Of a stretch of 32,000 nucleotides of DNA, positions 16,001-23,128 are shown piece after piece (within the stretch, counting starts at the first letter, position 1; each line of letters starts with the position of its first letter). The position numbers and the translations under genes were made by a program. The notes under the pieces are model-generated. The model did no database searches, had not been told where the DNA came from, and saw nothing but the letters and a program-made list of their open reading frames with translations. Where the stretch lies: contig JAFKKF010000007.1 of the NCBI GenBank assembly GCA_017305635.1, positions 349,330 to 381,329 on the forward strand, written 5' to 3'. The DNA is from Hyphomicrobiales bacterium (GTDB taxonomy: Bacteria > Pseudomonadota > Alphaproteobacteria > Rhizobiales > Kaistiaceae).

Positions 16001-16388
16001 CGTCATCATCAAACCGGACGTGGCCGAAGCGCATCGCCCGGCGCCTTCGCAACCCGGGGCGGGTGATACGCCTGGAGGCGCCGACAGTGGCGGACCCACG
16101 CCCGCGCCTGGCGGGCCGGGCGTCGAGGAGACGCCTGCCACGCCGCCGACGGAAAAGAAGCCGACACGTTTCAGCGGCGCGGTGATGATTTCACCGGAGC
16201 GCCCCGCCAGGGACATTCACCAGATTGTCGAGGCGATCGTGGAGCAGCTGACGACGCTGCCCGGCAGCGAGGTGCGGTTGAGACTGGAGATCGAGGCGGA
16301 TGTGCCGGGTGGGCTTGATCGCGCCAAGGTGCGGACCTTGGTCGAGAATGCAAACACCCTGGGGTTTGTCGAGAAGTCAGTAGAGTGA
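13086..16388 (+). CDS. Swt1-like HEPN domain + DUF499 P-loop ATPase
   Basis: 1100 aa from a GTG start 13 nt after the MTase stop, preceded by GGGGGGA. HEPN Rx4H motif RNKLSH at 13362-13379 (ELGDVRNKLSHNETFTYDDAERALDSM). Walker A NFGGGKTHS (GGGKT 13830-13844). Walker B CLILIDEW (DE 14172-14177). A P/G-rich linker and a small C-terminal domain, as in DUF499 proteins. Confidence 0.9.
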   Translation: MAKSTRQYVFEGMELLPAALIPFVEKRLESSLKGHWQVQVLEKLPNLRPNSSGEVGWDQAALFNAMDRFWSEAFKAVLGRAERSLVNELGDVRNKLSHNETFTYDDAERALDSMRRLMEAISAGETAEQLGKMRDTILRTKFTELQRNEERRKTQRLEISVETVAGLLPWREVVEPHQDVATGEFQQAEFAADLAKVHSGSAPPEYRDPRQFFSRTYLTEGLSALLIGAAKRLSGSGGDPVVELQTNFGGGKTHSMLALYHMAGPAPVQDLSGLDQLLEKQGLSVPQGINRAVLVGTSRGPQDVLHAEGDRKIRTTWGELAWQLGGADAFAMVAENDASGIAPGSNLLEALFKKYAPCLILIDEWVAYLRQIYKVEGLPSGSFDANLSFVQSLTEAVKASPGTLLVASLPASQIEVGGEGGQEALARLKQTFSRVESSWRPASQEESYEIVRRRLFKDIPGDKFHHRDNTLKQFAKLYRENANDFPQGCADEDYRRKLEKAYPIHPELFDQLYTSWGSLEKFQRTRGVLRLMAQAIHELWMNADPSVMIMPGSVAVSSPRVEPELLHYLEVSWQSIIAGDVDGATSTPYKIDQSAPNLNRYSATRRVARAIFMGTAPTHQQQNTGLDDKQINLGVVQPGERPAIFGDALRRLTNQAKFMHADLGRYWYSMSASLNRIAADKAAQIEAALVDVRIDAELGKYVNGLVDRGHFDAVQVAPASSAEVPDEAGGVRAVVLGVAHPHSGRDTSEALAEAKDMLTQRGSAPRVYRNMLVFIAADSRQLDNLKDAMRASLAWGEIVRDKERLELRPSDQKLAEAKLAEATETMKTRLKEAWCYLHYPAQESAQTDVEWVSGKIPAQDGLLARASKKLVAEEGLLTELGPSRLDRDLQKYIWNDKPHLSLKDLREYLNRYIYLPRLKGQDVLIKAVQAAVSGMLPGPFAYAERWDEKTDTYLGLAIERGGNAPVVIDSDSVIIKPDVAEAHRPAPSQPGAGDTPGGADSGGPTPAPGGPGVEETPATPPTEKKPTRFSGAVMISPERPARDIHQIVEAIVEQLTTLPGSEVRLRLEIEADVPGGLDRAKVRTLVENANTLGFVEKSVE

Positions 16389-16502
16389 GTGCGGGGCAAC
16401 GTGGGTGCAATCCGCCATTTCTGTAAAACCATGCTTATTCAAACACATGAAACAATGAGGGGGTAAAATGTAGCGCGGCAAGATGTGGAGAAGAGTAGCT
16501 CC

Positions 16503-17453
16503 ATGGTGATCGAGTTGCGCAACATTCACTACTTCGTCGCGGCTGCGGAGCATGGTAGCTTTCGCAGGGCGGCGGCATTCCTGAGTATTCAGGAATCTGC
16601 CGTCAGCCGCCGCATCCGCGATCTCGAGGACCGGCTTGGCGCTTCCTTGTTCCACCGCCACTCCGGCGGCGTTTCCCTCACGGTGGCGGGCGAACGGTTT
16701 CTAAGTCGTGTGCGGATCGCCCTCCAGCAGATCGAAAATGGCGTCAACGATGTCGCCGCGATCGGCCGATCCGAGGACGGCATCGTCAAGATCGGCATCT
16801 TCTCGTCCCTGGCGTCGGGTTTCCTGTTCGACCTGATGAAGGCGTTCGACGAGAAGCATCCGCGCGTGACGGTCGAACTGATCGAAGGCAATCCATCGGT
16901 CCATGTCGCGGCGGTCCGGCAGCTCCAGCTCGACGTGGCGTTCATCACCGGCACGGGCGAGTGGCCCGGCTGCGAAACCGAGCAGCTATGGACGGAAGGC
17001 GTGTTCGCCGTCCTGCCGACGGAACACGGTCTTACGAAGAAGCAGAGCTTGCGCTGGCGCGATCTTGATGAGGAGACCTTCATCGTCAGCGATGCCGCGC
17101 CGGGACCGGAAATCCGCGATTATCTGGTCCAGCGCCTGGCGGATCTCGGCCGCCATCCGAACATCCACCCTCAATATGTCGGGCGCGATGTCCTTCTGTC
17201 GATGGTCGCCGTGGGGCGCGGACTGACAGTGGTCAGCGAGGCGGCGACCGGCGCGCGCTTTCCCGGCGTCGTCTATCGGCAGATCGCAGATGAGGTCCTG
17301 CCGTTCAGTGCGATCTGGTCGCGCCGAAACGACAATCCGGCATTTCGCAGGTTTCTCAGCCTTGCTCGAATACTGTCGCGATCCGAAAGCGCGAATATCA
17401 AACGGACGGGTTCGCCCGCTTCGCCTTCGCAAAGCCGCGATCCGTCCCGATGA
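16503..17453 (+). CDS. LysR-family transcriptional regulator
   Basis: MVIELRNIHYFVAAAEHGSFRRAAAFLSIQESAVSRRIRDLEDRLGASLFHRHSGGVSLTVAGERFL is a canonical LysR HTH, followed by a substrate-binding-type domain. The track starts at GTG 16485; I prefer ATG 16503. Confidence 0.85.
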   Translation: MVIELRNIHYFVAAAEHGSFRRAAAFLSIQESAVSRRIRDLEDRLGASLFHRHSGGVSLTVAGERFLSRVRIALQQIENGVNDVAAIGRSEDGIVKIGIFSSLASGFLFDLMKAFDEKHPRVTVELIEGNPSVHVAAVRQLQLDVAFITGTGEWPGCETEQLWTEGVFAVLPTEHGLTKKQSLRWRDLDEETFIVSDAAPGPEIRDYLVQRLADLGRHPNIHPQYVGRDVLLSMVAVGRGLTVVSEAATGARFPGVVYRQIADEVLPFSAIWSRRNDNPAFRRFLSLARILSRSESANIKRTGSPASPSQSRDPSR

Positions 17454-17625
17454 ACCGCTCCAGCATCGGAATGATCAGCCGCGCCGGATCGGTCGCCGGT
17501 TGCCCGGCTTCGCGGGCGAGGATTTCCGCATAGGCAGTAAGATCACGATAAAGGCTCGCGGGCAGCTCCAGCGTGACCTTGACCGGCTTGTCGTCGACGA
17601 TCGGACCGAGCTTCAGTTTCGCCAT
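17398..17625 (-). CDS. DUF2274-family small protein (T4SS-associated, follows trbI)
   Basis: MAKLKLGPIVDDKPVKVTLELPASLYRDLTAYAEILAREAG... matches the conserved DUF2274 opening found after trbI in Trb-type ICEs. I prefer ATG 17625, which has GGAGG 5 nt upstream and lies 1 nt after the trbI stop, over the track start at 17637. Confidence 0.8.
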   Translation of the reverse strand: MAKLKLGPIVDDKPVKVTLELPASLYRDLTAYAEILAREAGQPATDPARLIIPMLERFIGTDRGFAKAKRANPSV

Positions 17626-17626
17626 T

Positions 17627-18880
17627 TCAGCCTCCATAGGGTTCGAGCACCAGGTCGCGCGTGACGATGACGCGGACGGGAAAGCCCGGCCGGGTCGTCA
17701 GCGTCGGCGCGATGTTGAGCTGGCGCTGGACGATCTGTTGGCCGGTCTGGCTGATGCTGTCGGAAGCGCCGTTGCGGAGCGCACGCACGATGTCGCTCTC
17801 CTGCCCGGACGAGCCCGTTTCGGCGCCGACGCTGAGCAGGGTAGAGAGCGCGGCCGATTTGAACAGTTCACCCCAATGATAGTCGACGCCATCTTCCAGT
17901 CCGGCAAAGCCCTCGGCGTCCGCGCCTGGCTGGCGCTCGAGCACGATCGAGCGGCCGTTCGGGAAGATCAGGCGATTCCAGACCAGCAGGACGCGGCGCT
18001 GGCCGAAGCCGACGCCGCTGTCATATTGGCCGACGACGCGGGAGCCCTGCGGGATCAGGAGGATGCGGCCGGTGGGGCTGTCGTAGATGTTCTCCGTCAC
18101 CTGCGCGGTGATCTGGCCGGGCAGATCGGAGCGGATGCCGGTGATGAGCGCGGCGGAAATCACCGCGCCCGCTTGCAGGACATTGGCAGACGCGGGCGCC
18201 GTCAACCGATCGGGTGAAACCGTGCGCTTGTCGGGCGTCTGGTCGAGGAAGGCGAGCTGACGATCCTGGGCCGAGGGCGTGGCCGGTTGCGGTGCGAGGC
18301 CAAGGCTGGCGAGATCGGTCGCGGGCGCTGCGGTGGGCGCGCCGGCTGAAATGGTGGCAGGCCGCGTCTCGGTGGACGAGAACAGGCGCGCGGTGCGCGC
18401 TGCTTCCAGCTCCTGCGCCCGGCGCTGTTCTTCCGGGCTGGGACCGGGCGGTGTCGCGGCCATGCCCGGCGTCGGAACCGTCCGGCCGCCATTCTGGGCA
18501 TTGAGAATGGGGCGGCCGAGATCGCCGGGCAGCGGCGGGCCGAGCTGCGGCACGCCCGCATAGTCCTTGGGCAGGCCATTCAGCCCATCGGGCGTGGCGC
18601 GGTTGTCGGTGGAATAGAGTTCCTGTCCCCGATGTCCGTCGTTGCGGGACTGGAGCGCATGGACCAGCGCCCCGCCGACACCGATGCTGGCGACGAGGCC
18701 GAGCCCGGCCAGCACCTTGCGCGAGAGGCGGGTCACGCGCGGCGGCTCGGGACGCAGCCGCATAGGCGCTGCGGGCTCGCCCGAGAGCGGCCGTTCGTCG
18801 ATGTCATCGTCGGGCCGCGAGCGCGGAGCCTCAGCGGGCGTCCGGCCGTCTTCCCGTTCTGGATCGCGGGGGTCGCTCAC
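17627..18880 (-). CDS. trbI: P-type conjugative transfer protein TrbI (VirB10 family)
   Basis: 417 aa. RPEPPRVTRLSRKVLAGLGLV TM anchor, a Pro-rich region, and a conserved C-terminal barrel region (AGAVISAALITGIRSDLPGQITAQVTENIYDSPTGRILLIPQGSRVVGQYD). GTG start overlaps the trbG stop (GTGA). Confidence 0.9.
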   Translation of the reverse strand: MSDPRDPEREDGRTPAEAPRSRPDDDIDERPLSGEPAAPMRLRPEPPRVTRLSRKVLAGLGLVASIGVGGALVHALQSRNDGHRGQELYSTDNRATPDGLNGLPKDYAGVPQLGPPLPGDLGRPILNAQNGGRTVPTPGMAATPPGPSPEEQRRAQELEAARTARLFSSTETRPATISAGAPTAAPATDLASLGLAPQPATPSAQDRQLAFLDQTPDKRTVSPDRLTAPASANVLQAGAVISAALITGIRSDLPGQITAQVTENIYDSPTGRILLIPQGSRVVGQYDSGVGFGQRRVLLVWNRLIFPNGRSIVLERQPGADAEGFAGLEDGVDYHWGELFKSAALSTLLSVGAETGSSGQESDIVRALRNGASDSISQTGQQIVQRQLNIAPTLTTRPGFPVRVIVTRDLVLEPYGG

Positions 18881-19944
18881 GATGCCGGCCTCCCATCGTT
18901 ACGGGAGATGCGCACGCGCTTCTGGGTCTTGCCCGCGCCGAAGCGCAATTCGGCGGCGGCGAACAGCCGGTCGACGATCATGTAGTTGCCGCGCACGCGG
19001 TAGTTCACGAGCTCGGACGTGTCGCCTTCCGCGCCGACGACGAACAGCGGCGGCATCTCGCCTTGGCCGATGCCGCGCGGGAACTCGATGAAGACCTGCC
19101 GGCCATCGTCGAAAGCGCGCAGCGGCCGCCACGGCGCACGATCGCCGCTCACATCGTAGCGGAAGTTCACGCGCGCCAGATCGATGCCGGCCGAAACCGG
19201 CTGCGCCGCCTGCGCCTCGACATTCTGCCGGCGCAGCGCGATCAGTTGGTCCTGCGGATATTGCCAGGACACCGACGCCATATAGGTCGCCGGCGTCGAG
19301 CGCAGTTCCATGTGGTAGGTGCGGCGATCGGTGTTGATGACCAGGTTGGTCAGCAGTTCGGCCCGGGTCGGTTTCACGAGGATGTGGATCTGCCGCGCGG
19401 CGCCGCCGCCGCTTTCGGTATCGCCGATGATCCAGCGCACCGTATCGCCGGCGGCGACCGGGCCTGCGCCGACGAGCTGCTCGCCGGGCTGAAGCGCGAT
19501 GTCGGTGATCTGGCCCGGGGAAGTATAGACCTGATAGAGCGCGCCGCCGACGAAGGGATAGACCTGCATCGCATTGATGAAGCCATCGCGTACCGGCTGA
19601 ACTCGCGCGGCCGCGTTCGCCTGGTTGACGCGCACGGTCGGATCGGCGGCCTCGGGTTGCGGCCGCGCGCCGGGAGCGACGGGCTTCAACTGGCCGGGGA
19701 GCGGCAGGGGCCTCGGGAGTTCGACGACCTCTACCGGCTTGGGCGGTTCGACCGCCTCCACGGCGGGCACGGCGTTGTCATAGGCGATTTCAGGCGGCGG
19801 CAGGTGGCTCGCGCAGCCGGCGAGCGCCGACGTGCAAAGCAGCACGAGCAGCAGGCCGGATGTACGGAATGCCGGATTGGCGGGGATGCGGAAAGCCGGA
19901 CGCCCTGCACTCCAGGGGGCGGCTTTGCGGAGTGCGGGCGTCAT
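18877..19944 (-). CDS. trbG: P-type conjugative transfer protein TrbG (VirB9 family), lipoprotein
   Basis: 355 aa. Lipobox LLCTSALAGCAS. FINAMQVYPFVGGALYQVYTSPGQITDIALQPGEQL is a typical TrbG/VirB9 core. ATGA overlap with the trbF stop. Confidence 0.9.
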   Translation of the reverse strand: MTPALRKAAPWSAGRPAFRIPANPAFRTSGLLLVLLCTSALAGCASHLPPPEIAYDNAVPAVEAVEPPKPVEVVELPRPLPLPGQLKPVAPGARPQPEAADPTVRVNQANAAARVQPVRDGFINAMQVYPFVGGALYQVYTSPGQITDIALQPGEQLVGAGPVAAGDTVRWIIGDTESGGGAARQIHILVKPTRAELLTNLVINTDRRTYHMELRSTPATYMASVSWQYPQDQLIALRRQNVEAQAAQPVSAGIDLARVNFRYDVSGDRAPWRPLRAFDDGRQVFIEFPRGIGQGEMPPLFVVGAEGDTSELVNYRVRGNYMIVDRLFAAAELRFGAGKTQKRVRISRNDGRPAS

Positions 19945-20624
19945 TGTCCAAGCTCCTTCGACCAGTTGATGGCGTTGACGTAGATTCCGAGGGGGTTCTT
20001 CTTCAGCGTGTCGGCGTCCCGCGGAGGCTGCACGCCGACGGTGAGGATGGCCGACCAGCGTTCGGTGGAGGCCAGAGCGCCGTCCTGATATCGCCGCTCG
20101 ATCCAGGCGACGCGGAAGCTCGACGGCGAGGCGCGGATGACGCTCGACACGTCCACCGCCACCTGGCTCTTGCCGACCTTGGCGAAGGGATCGTTCGACC
20201 GGGCGTAGTCATTGAGCGCCAAGGCCCCGGCCTGGGTCGTGAAGTCGTAGGCGCGCAGCCAGTTCTGCCGCACGATGATCGCGTCGGCGGGGATCGAGCG
20301 GACCTGTTCGATGAAGCGCGCGAGGTAGAAGGCGATCTGCGCGTCGTTGGGCTGATAGTCGGCGGTCGCGGGCGCGATCGCCTGAGCGGCCCCCAGCCGG
20401 TCGACCTGCACCACCCAGGGCACGATCGAGCCGTTCGCCGATTGCCAGACCAGCGCGGCGGACAGACCCATCGAGAGCGCGAGCGAACCGAAGGCCATGA
20501 AGCGCCAGTTGCGGGCCTGCACGCGGGCGGAGCCGATGCGCTCGTCCCAGACCTGGGCGGCGCGCTGATAGGGCGTCTCGGGCTGTGGGGATTTGCCGTA
20601 ATGGGTGGCCGGTCGTTTGAACAT
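19941..20624 (-). CDS. trbF: Conjugal transfer protein TrbF (VirB8 family)
   Basis: Only the last 227 codons of the 696-aa track ORF are credible: MFKRPATHYGKSPQPETPYQRAAQVWDERIGSARVQARNWRFMAFGSLALS... (ATG at 20624). The upstream extension overlaps trbL in another frame. Confidence 0.9.
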   Translation of the reverse strand: MFKRPATHYGKSPQPETPYQRAAQVWDERIGSARVQARNWRFMAFGSLALSMGLSAALVWQSANGSIVPWVVQVDRLGAAQAIAPATADYQPNDAQIAFYLARFIEQVRSIPADAIIVRQNWLRAYDFTTQAGALALNDYARSNDPFAKVGKSQVAVDVSSVIRASPSSFRVAWIERRYQDGALASTERWSAILTVGVQPPRDADTLKKNPLGIYVNAINWSKELGQ

Positions 20625-20626
20625 GG

Positions 20627-21976
20627 TCAGTCGCTTTCGGAGAGGTTGACGGAGGAGCCGCCGCCGTGGCTGTCGCCGCTGCGCACCGCATGGGCCGCGG
20701 CCTGAACGCCGTGCGTCATTTGCTGTGAGCGCTTCATGCGCTTGGCCCAGGCCGGCGGGCCGTCCGTGGAGGGCGCCTGGGCGGCGGTTGGCGCGTCGCC
20801 GTCGACCGTACCCGCGGTCGATGACCCGCCGGTCGAGGCGAAGGCGGCGCGCGCGCCGGATCGATAGCTCTGCTTCAGGCTGTCGGCGGCGCGGCCGGCC
20901 GCGCGCTTCAATGGCGATACGGCGGCCTGGGCGCCCGCGCTGGCGACGTTGCCGAGCCCGGAAGCGACGGCGGACGCGCCCGAGGAGCCGGCCGCGCCCA
21001 GGCTGTAGGCGGTCGATGCGCCGCCGGCGAGCGCGGCTCCGCCACGCGCCGCGGCGGCGGCGCCACCTGCGAGGGCCCCGCCGCCCGAGGCGACGGCGCC
21101 CACCGTGGCAGCACCGGCTGCCACCATGCCGCCGGCCGCGAGCCCGGTGCCGATTGCAGCGCCGGCGCCGAGTTGCGGGCCACCGGAGACGAGGCCGTTG
21201 GCGATGCCCGGGCCGAAAATGCCGAGACCCAGCAGCGACAACGCGGCGAGCACGATCGCCATGGCCTCGTCGATCGACGGCGTGGCGCCGCCGAAGCCTG
21301 CGGTGAACTCGGAGAACAGGGTCGAGCCGATGCCGGTGATGACGGCGAGCACCAGCACCTTGATGCCCGAAGAGATGACGTTGCCGAGCACCCGTTCGGC
21401 CATGAAGGCGCTCTTGCCGAACAGGCCGAAGGGGATCAGCACGAAGCCGGCGAGCGTCGTCAGCTTGAACTCGATCAGGGTGATGAAGAGCTGGATGGCG
21501 AGCACGAAAAAGGCGAGCAGGACCAGCGCCCAGGCGAAGAACATGCAGGCGATTTGGATGAAGTTCTCGAAGAACGACCAGTAGCCCATCAGGCCCGAGA
21601 TCGAGTCGAGCAGCGGCCGGCCGGCATCGAGGCCGGTTTGCGCCACCTTGCCGGGGCGGAGCAGATCGGTGACGGTGAAGCTCGTGCCGGACGCCTTCAG
21701 GCCAAGGCCGGCGAAGCTCTCGAAGATGATCCGCGCGAGATTGTTCCAGTTGGAGATCAGGTAGGCGAAGACGCCGACGAACAGGGTCTTCTTCACCAGC
21801 CGGGCGATGATGTTGTCGTCGGCGCCCCACGACCAGAACAGAGCGGCCAGCGTCACGTCGATGACGATCAGCGTCGTGGCGATGAACCCGACTTCGCCGC
21901 CGAGCAGGCCGAAGCCGCCGTCGATGTAGCGGGTGAAGACCTCGAGAAAATGGTCGATGACGCCGGTGCCGCCCAT
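20627..21976 (-). CDS. trbL: P-type conjugative transfer protein TrbL (VirB6 family)
   Basis: 449 aa. MGGTGVIDHFLEVFTRYIDGGFGLLGGEVGF..., a polytopic membrane profile, and a Gly/Ala-rich C-terminal tail typical of TrbL. Confidence 0.9.
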   Translation of the reverse strand: MGGTGVIDHFLEVFTRYIDGGFGLLGGEVGFIATTLIVIDVTLAALFWSWGADDNIIARLVKKTLFVGVFAYLISNWNNLARIIFESFAGLGLKASGTSFTVTDLLRPGKVAQTGLDAGRPLLDSISGLMGYWSFFENFIQIACMFFAWALVLLAFFVLAIQLFITLIEFKLTTLAGFVLIPFGLFGKSAFMAERVLGNVISSGIKVLVLAVITGIGSTLFSEFTAGFGGATPSIDEAMAIVLAALSLLGLGIFGPGIANGLVSGGPQLGAGAAIGTGLAAGGMVAAGAATVGAVASGGGALAGGAAAAARGGAALAGGASTAYSLGAAGSSGASAVASGLGNVASAGAQAAVSPLKRAAGRAADSLKQSYRSGARAAFASTGGSSTAGTVDGDAPTAAQAPSTDGPPAWAKRMKRSQQMTHGVQAAAHAVRSGDSHGGGSSVNLSESD

Positions 21977-21978
21977 GG

Positions 21979-22356
21979 TCAGCGACCCTCCGGAGCGGCC
22001 GGTCGCTCCGGGAGGACGGGCGCGATGTCACCGGCGGCCGGATCGTTGGCGCCGCCGGGAAACAGGCTCGCCGGCGGCTCCGGGGCCGCTGACGGCCTGG
22101 ATGCGGGTTGCCCGAGAAAACGGCGGCGGTTCTCCGCCCAAATCTTCAGGCAGCCCGGATCGCGTGTGCCGGCTTCCCCCATGGCGCTGCACCGGGCGAG
22201 ATCCGCGCGGAGCGGATCGTGCGTCGGCGCGGGGCGCGCCTGCGGGACGGCGTTGTCGTGCCCGTCTTCCTTGCGGGTCATCTCGATGGCGGTCGCTGTG
22301 ACCGCGACCGCCACGAAGACGACGGCGCCGAGGCGTGCGAGGGTCTTGCCGTCCAT
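21979..22356 (-). CDS. trbK: Putative entry-exclusion protein, TrbK-alt type
   Basis: 125 aa between trbJ and trbL. N-terminal TM segment (LGAVVFVAVAVTATAI) and the conserved core DLARCSAMGEAGTRDPGCLKIWAENRRRFLG, characteristic of TrbK-alt. Confidence 0.7.
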   Translation of the reverse strand: MDGKTLARLGAVVFVAVAVTATAIEMTRKEDGHDNAVPQARPAPTHDPLRADLARCSAMGEAGTRDPGCLKIWAENRRRFLGQPASRPSAAPEPPASLFPGGANDPAAGDIAPVLPERPAAPEGR

Positions 22357-22366
22357 CGCGCCGCCC

Positions 22367-23128
22367 TCAGTTGCCGTTGTAGAACATCTGCGCGTTGCCA
22401 GCCTGATAGCCGGTCCCCGGCGTCAGGAAGCGGCGGCGCTGTTCGCGACCCTGTTCCGCAGCCGCGGCCCGTTCGGCCGATTGCAACGCCTGCGCCCGGC
22501 CGTTGGCGCTGACGACGGCGGTGAGGTCGGCGAGCTGCTGCGCCTGAAGGGCGAGGAGCTGATTGCCGGCCTGCGTCGCCTGCAATGCGCCCGTGGCCGA
22601 CTGGCTGGCCCCGACCAGCGCCGACATCTGGGTGCGGTTGGTGTCGATATTGCCGACGACGGTGGCCTGCACGCGCATGGCGTCCTGGAGGCCGCCCACC
22701 GTGTTTTGCCAGCGGGTCTTGGCGTCGGCGAGCAGTTGCGCGTCGGACGCCGACATCGACGCATTGGCGTATTTGGTCTGGAACGCCTGGTCGATCTGCT
22801 GGACGTCGTAGGCGATATTTTGCGCCTGGCTGAGCAATTGCTGCGTGCGCTGGACCGATTGCTGAAGCTGTTGCAGCGACGAGTAGGGCAGGCTCGCCAG
22901 ATTGCGCGCCTGGTTGATGAGCATCTGCGCTTCGTTCTGGAGCGAGGTGATCTGATTGGTGATCTGCTGAAGGCTGCGCGCGGCCGTCAGCACGTTCTGC
23001 GCATAGTTCGTCGGGTCGAACACGGTCCATTGCGCCTGCGCCGGCGTCGCCAGCATTGGGGTGAGTGCGACCGGGGCGAGGAGCAGCGCGGCGGCGAGCC
23101 GCGCCGCGCGGGAGCGAGGCAAGGTCAT
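22367..23128 (-). CDS. trbJ: P-type conjugative transfer protein TrbJ (VirB5 family)
   Basis: Credible start ATG 23128: MTLPRSRAARLAAALLLAPVALTPMLATPAQAQWTVFDPTNYAQNVLTAARSLQQITNQITSLQNEAQMLINQARNL (signal peptide plus TrbJ coiled-coil core). ATGA overlap with the trbE stop. The 403-aa track ORF is over-extended. Confidence 0.9.
   Translation of the reverse strand: MTLPRSRAARLAAALLLAPVALTPMLATPAQAQWTVFDPTNYAQNVLTAARSLQQITNQITSLQNEAQMLINQARNLASLPYSSLQQLQQSVQRTQQLLSQAQNIAYDVQQIDQAFQTKYANASMSASDAQLLADAKTRWQNTVGGLQDAMRVQATVVGNIDTNRTQMSALVGASQSATGALQATQAGNQLLALQAQQLADLTAVVSANGRAQALQSAERAAAAEQGREQRRRFLTPGTGYQAGNAQMFYNGN

Noticed and set aside
16389-16502. AT-rich spacer between the DUF499 stop and lysR; searched for an intrinsic terminator and a LysR T-N11-A box
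   Set aside because: I found no convincing GC-rich stem followed by a T-tract. I saw only a loose ATG-N12-CAT symmetry, which is not enough to call a site.
20700-21250. Gly/Ala/Ser-rich repetitive coding stretch that could be mistaken for a tandem repeat or a novel low-complexity protein
   Set aside because: It is the C-terminal tail of TrbL. Such G/A-rich tails are a normal feature of TrbL/VirB6 proteins in high-GC hosts, and no exact nucleotide tandem unit was seen.
19941-22031. 696-aa minus-strand ORF spanning trbF and trbL
   Set aside because: Only the C-terminal 227 codons (from ATG 20624) match TrbF. The upstream 469 codons are an R/G/P-rich read-through in a different frame from the well-supported trbL gene.
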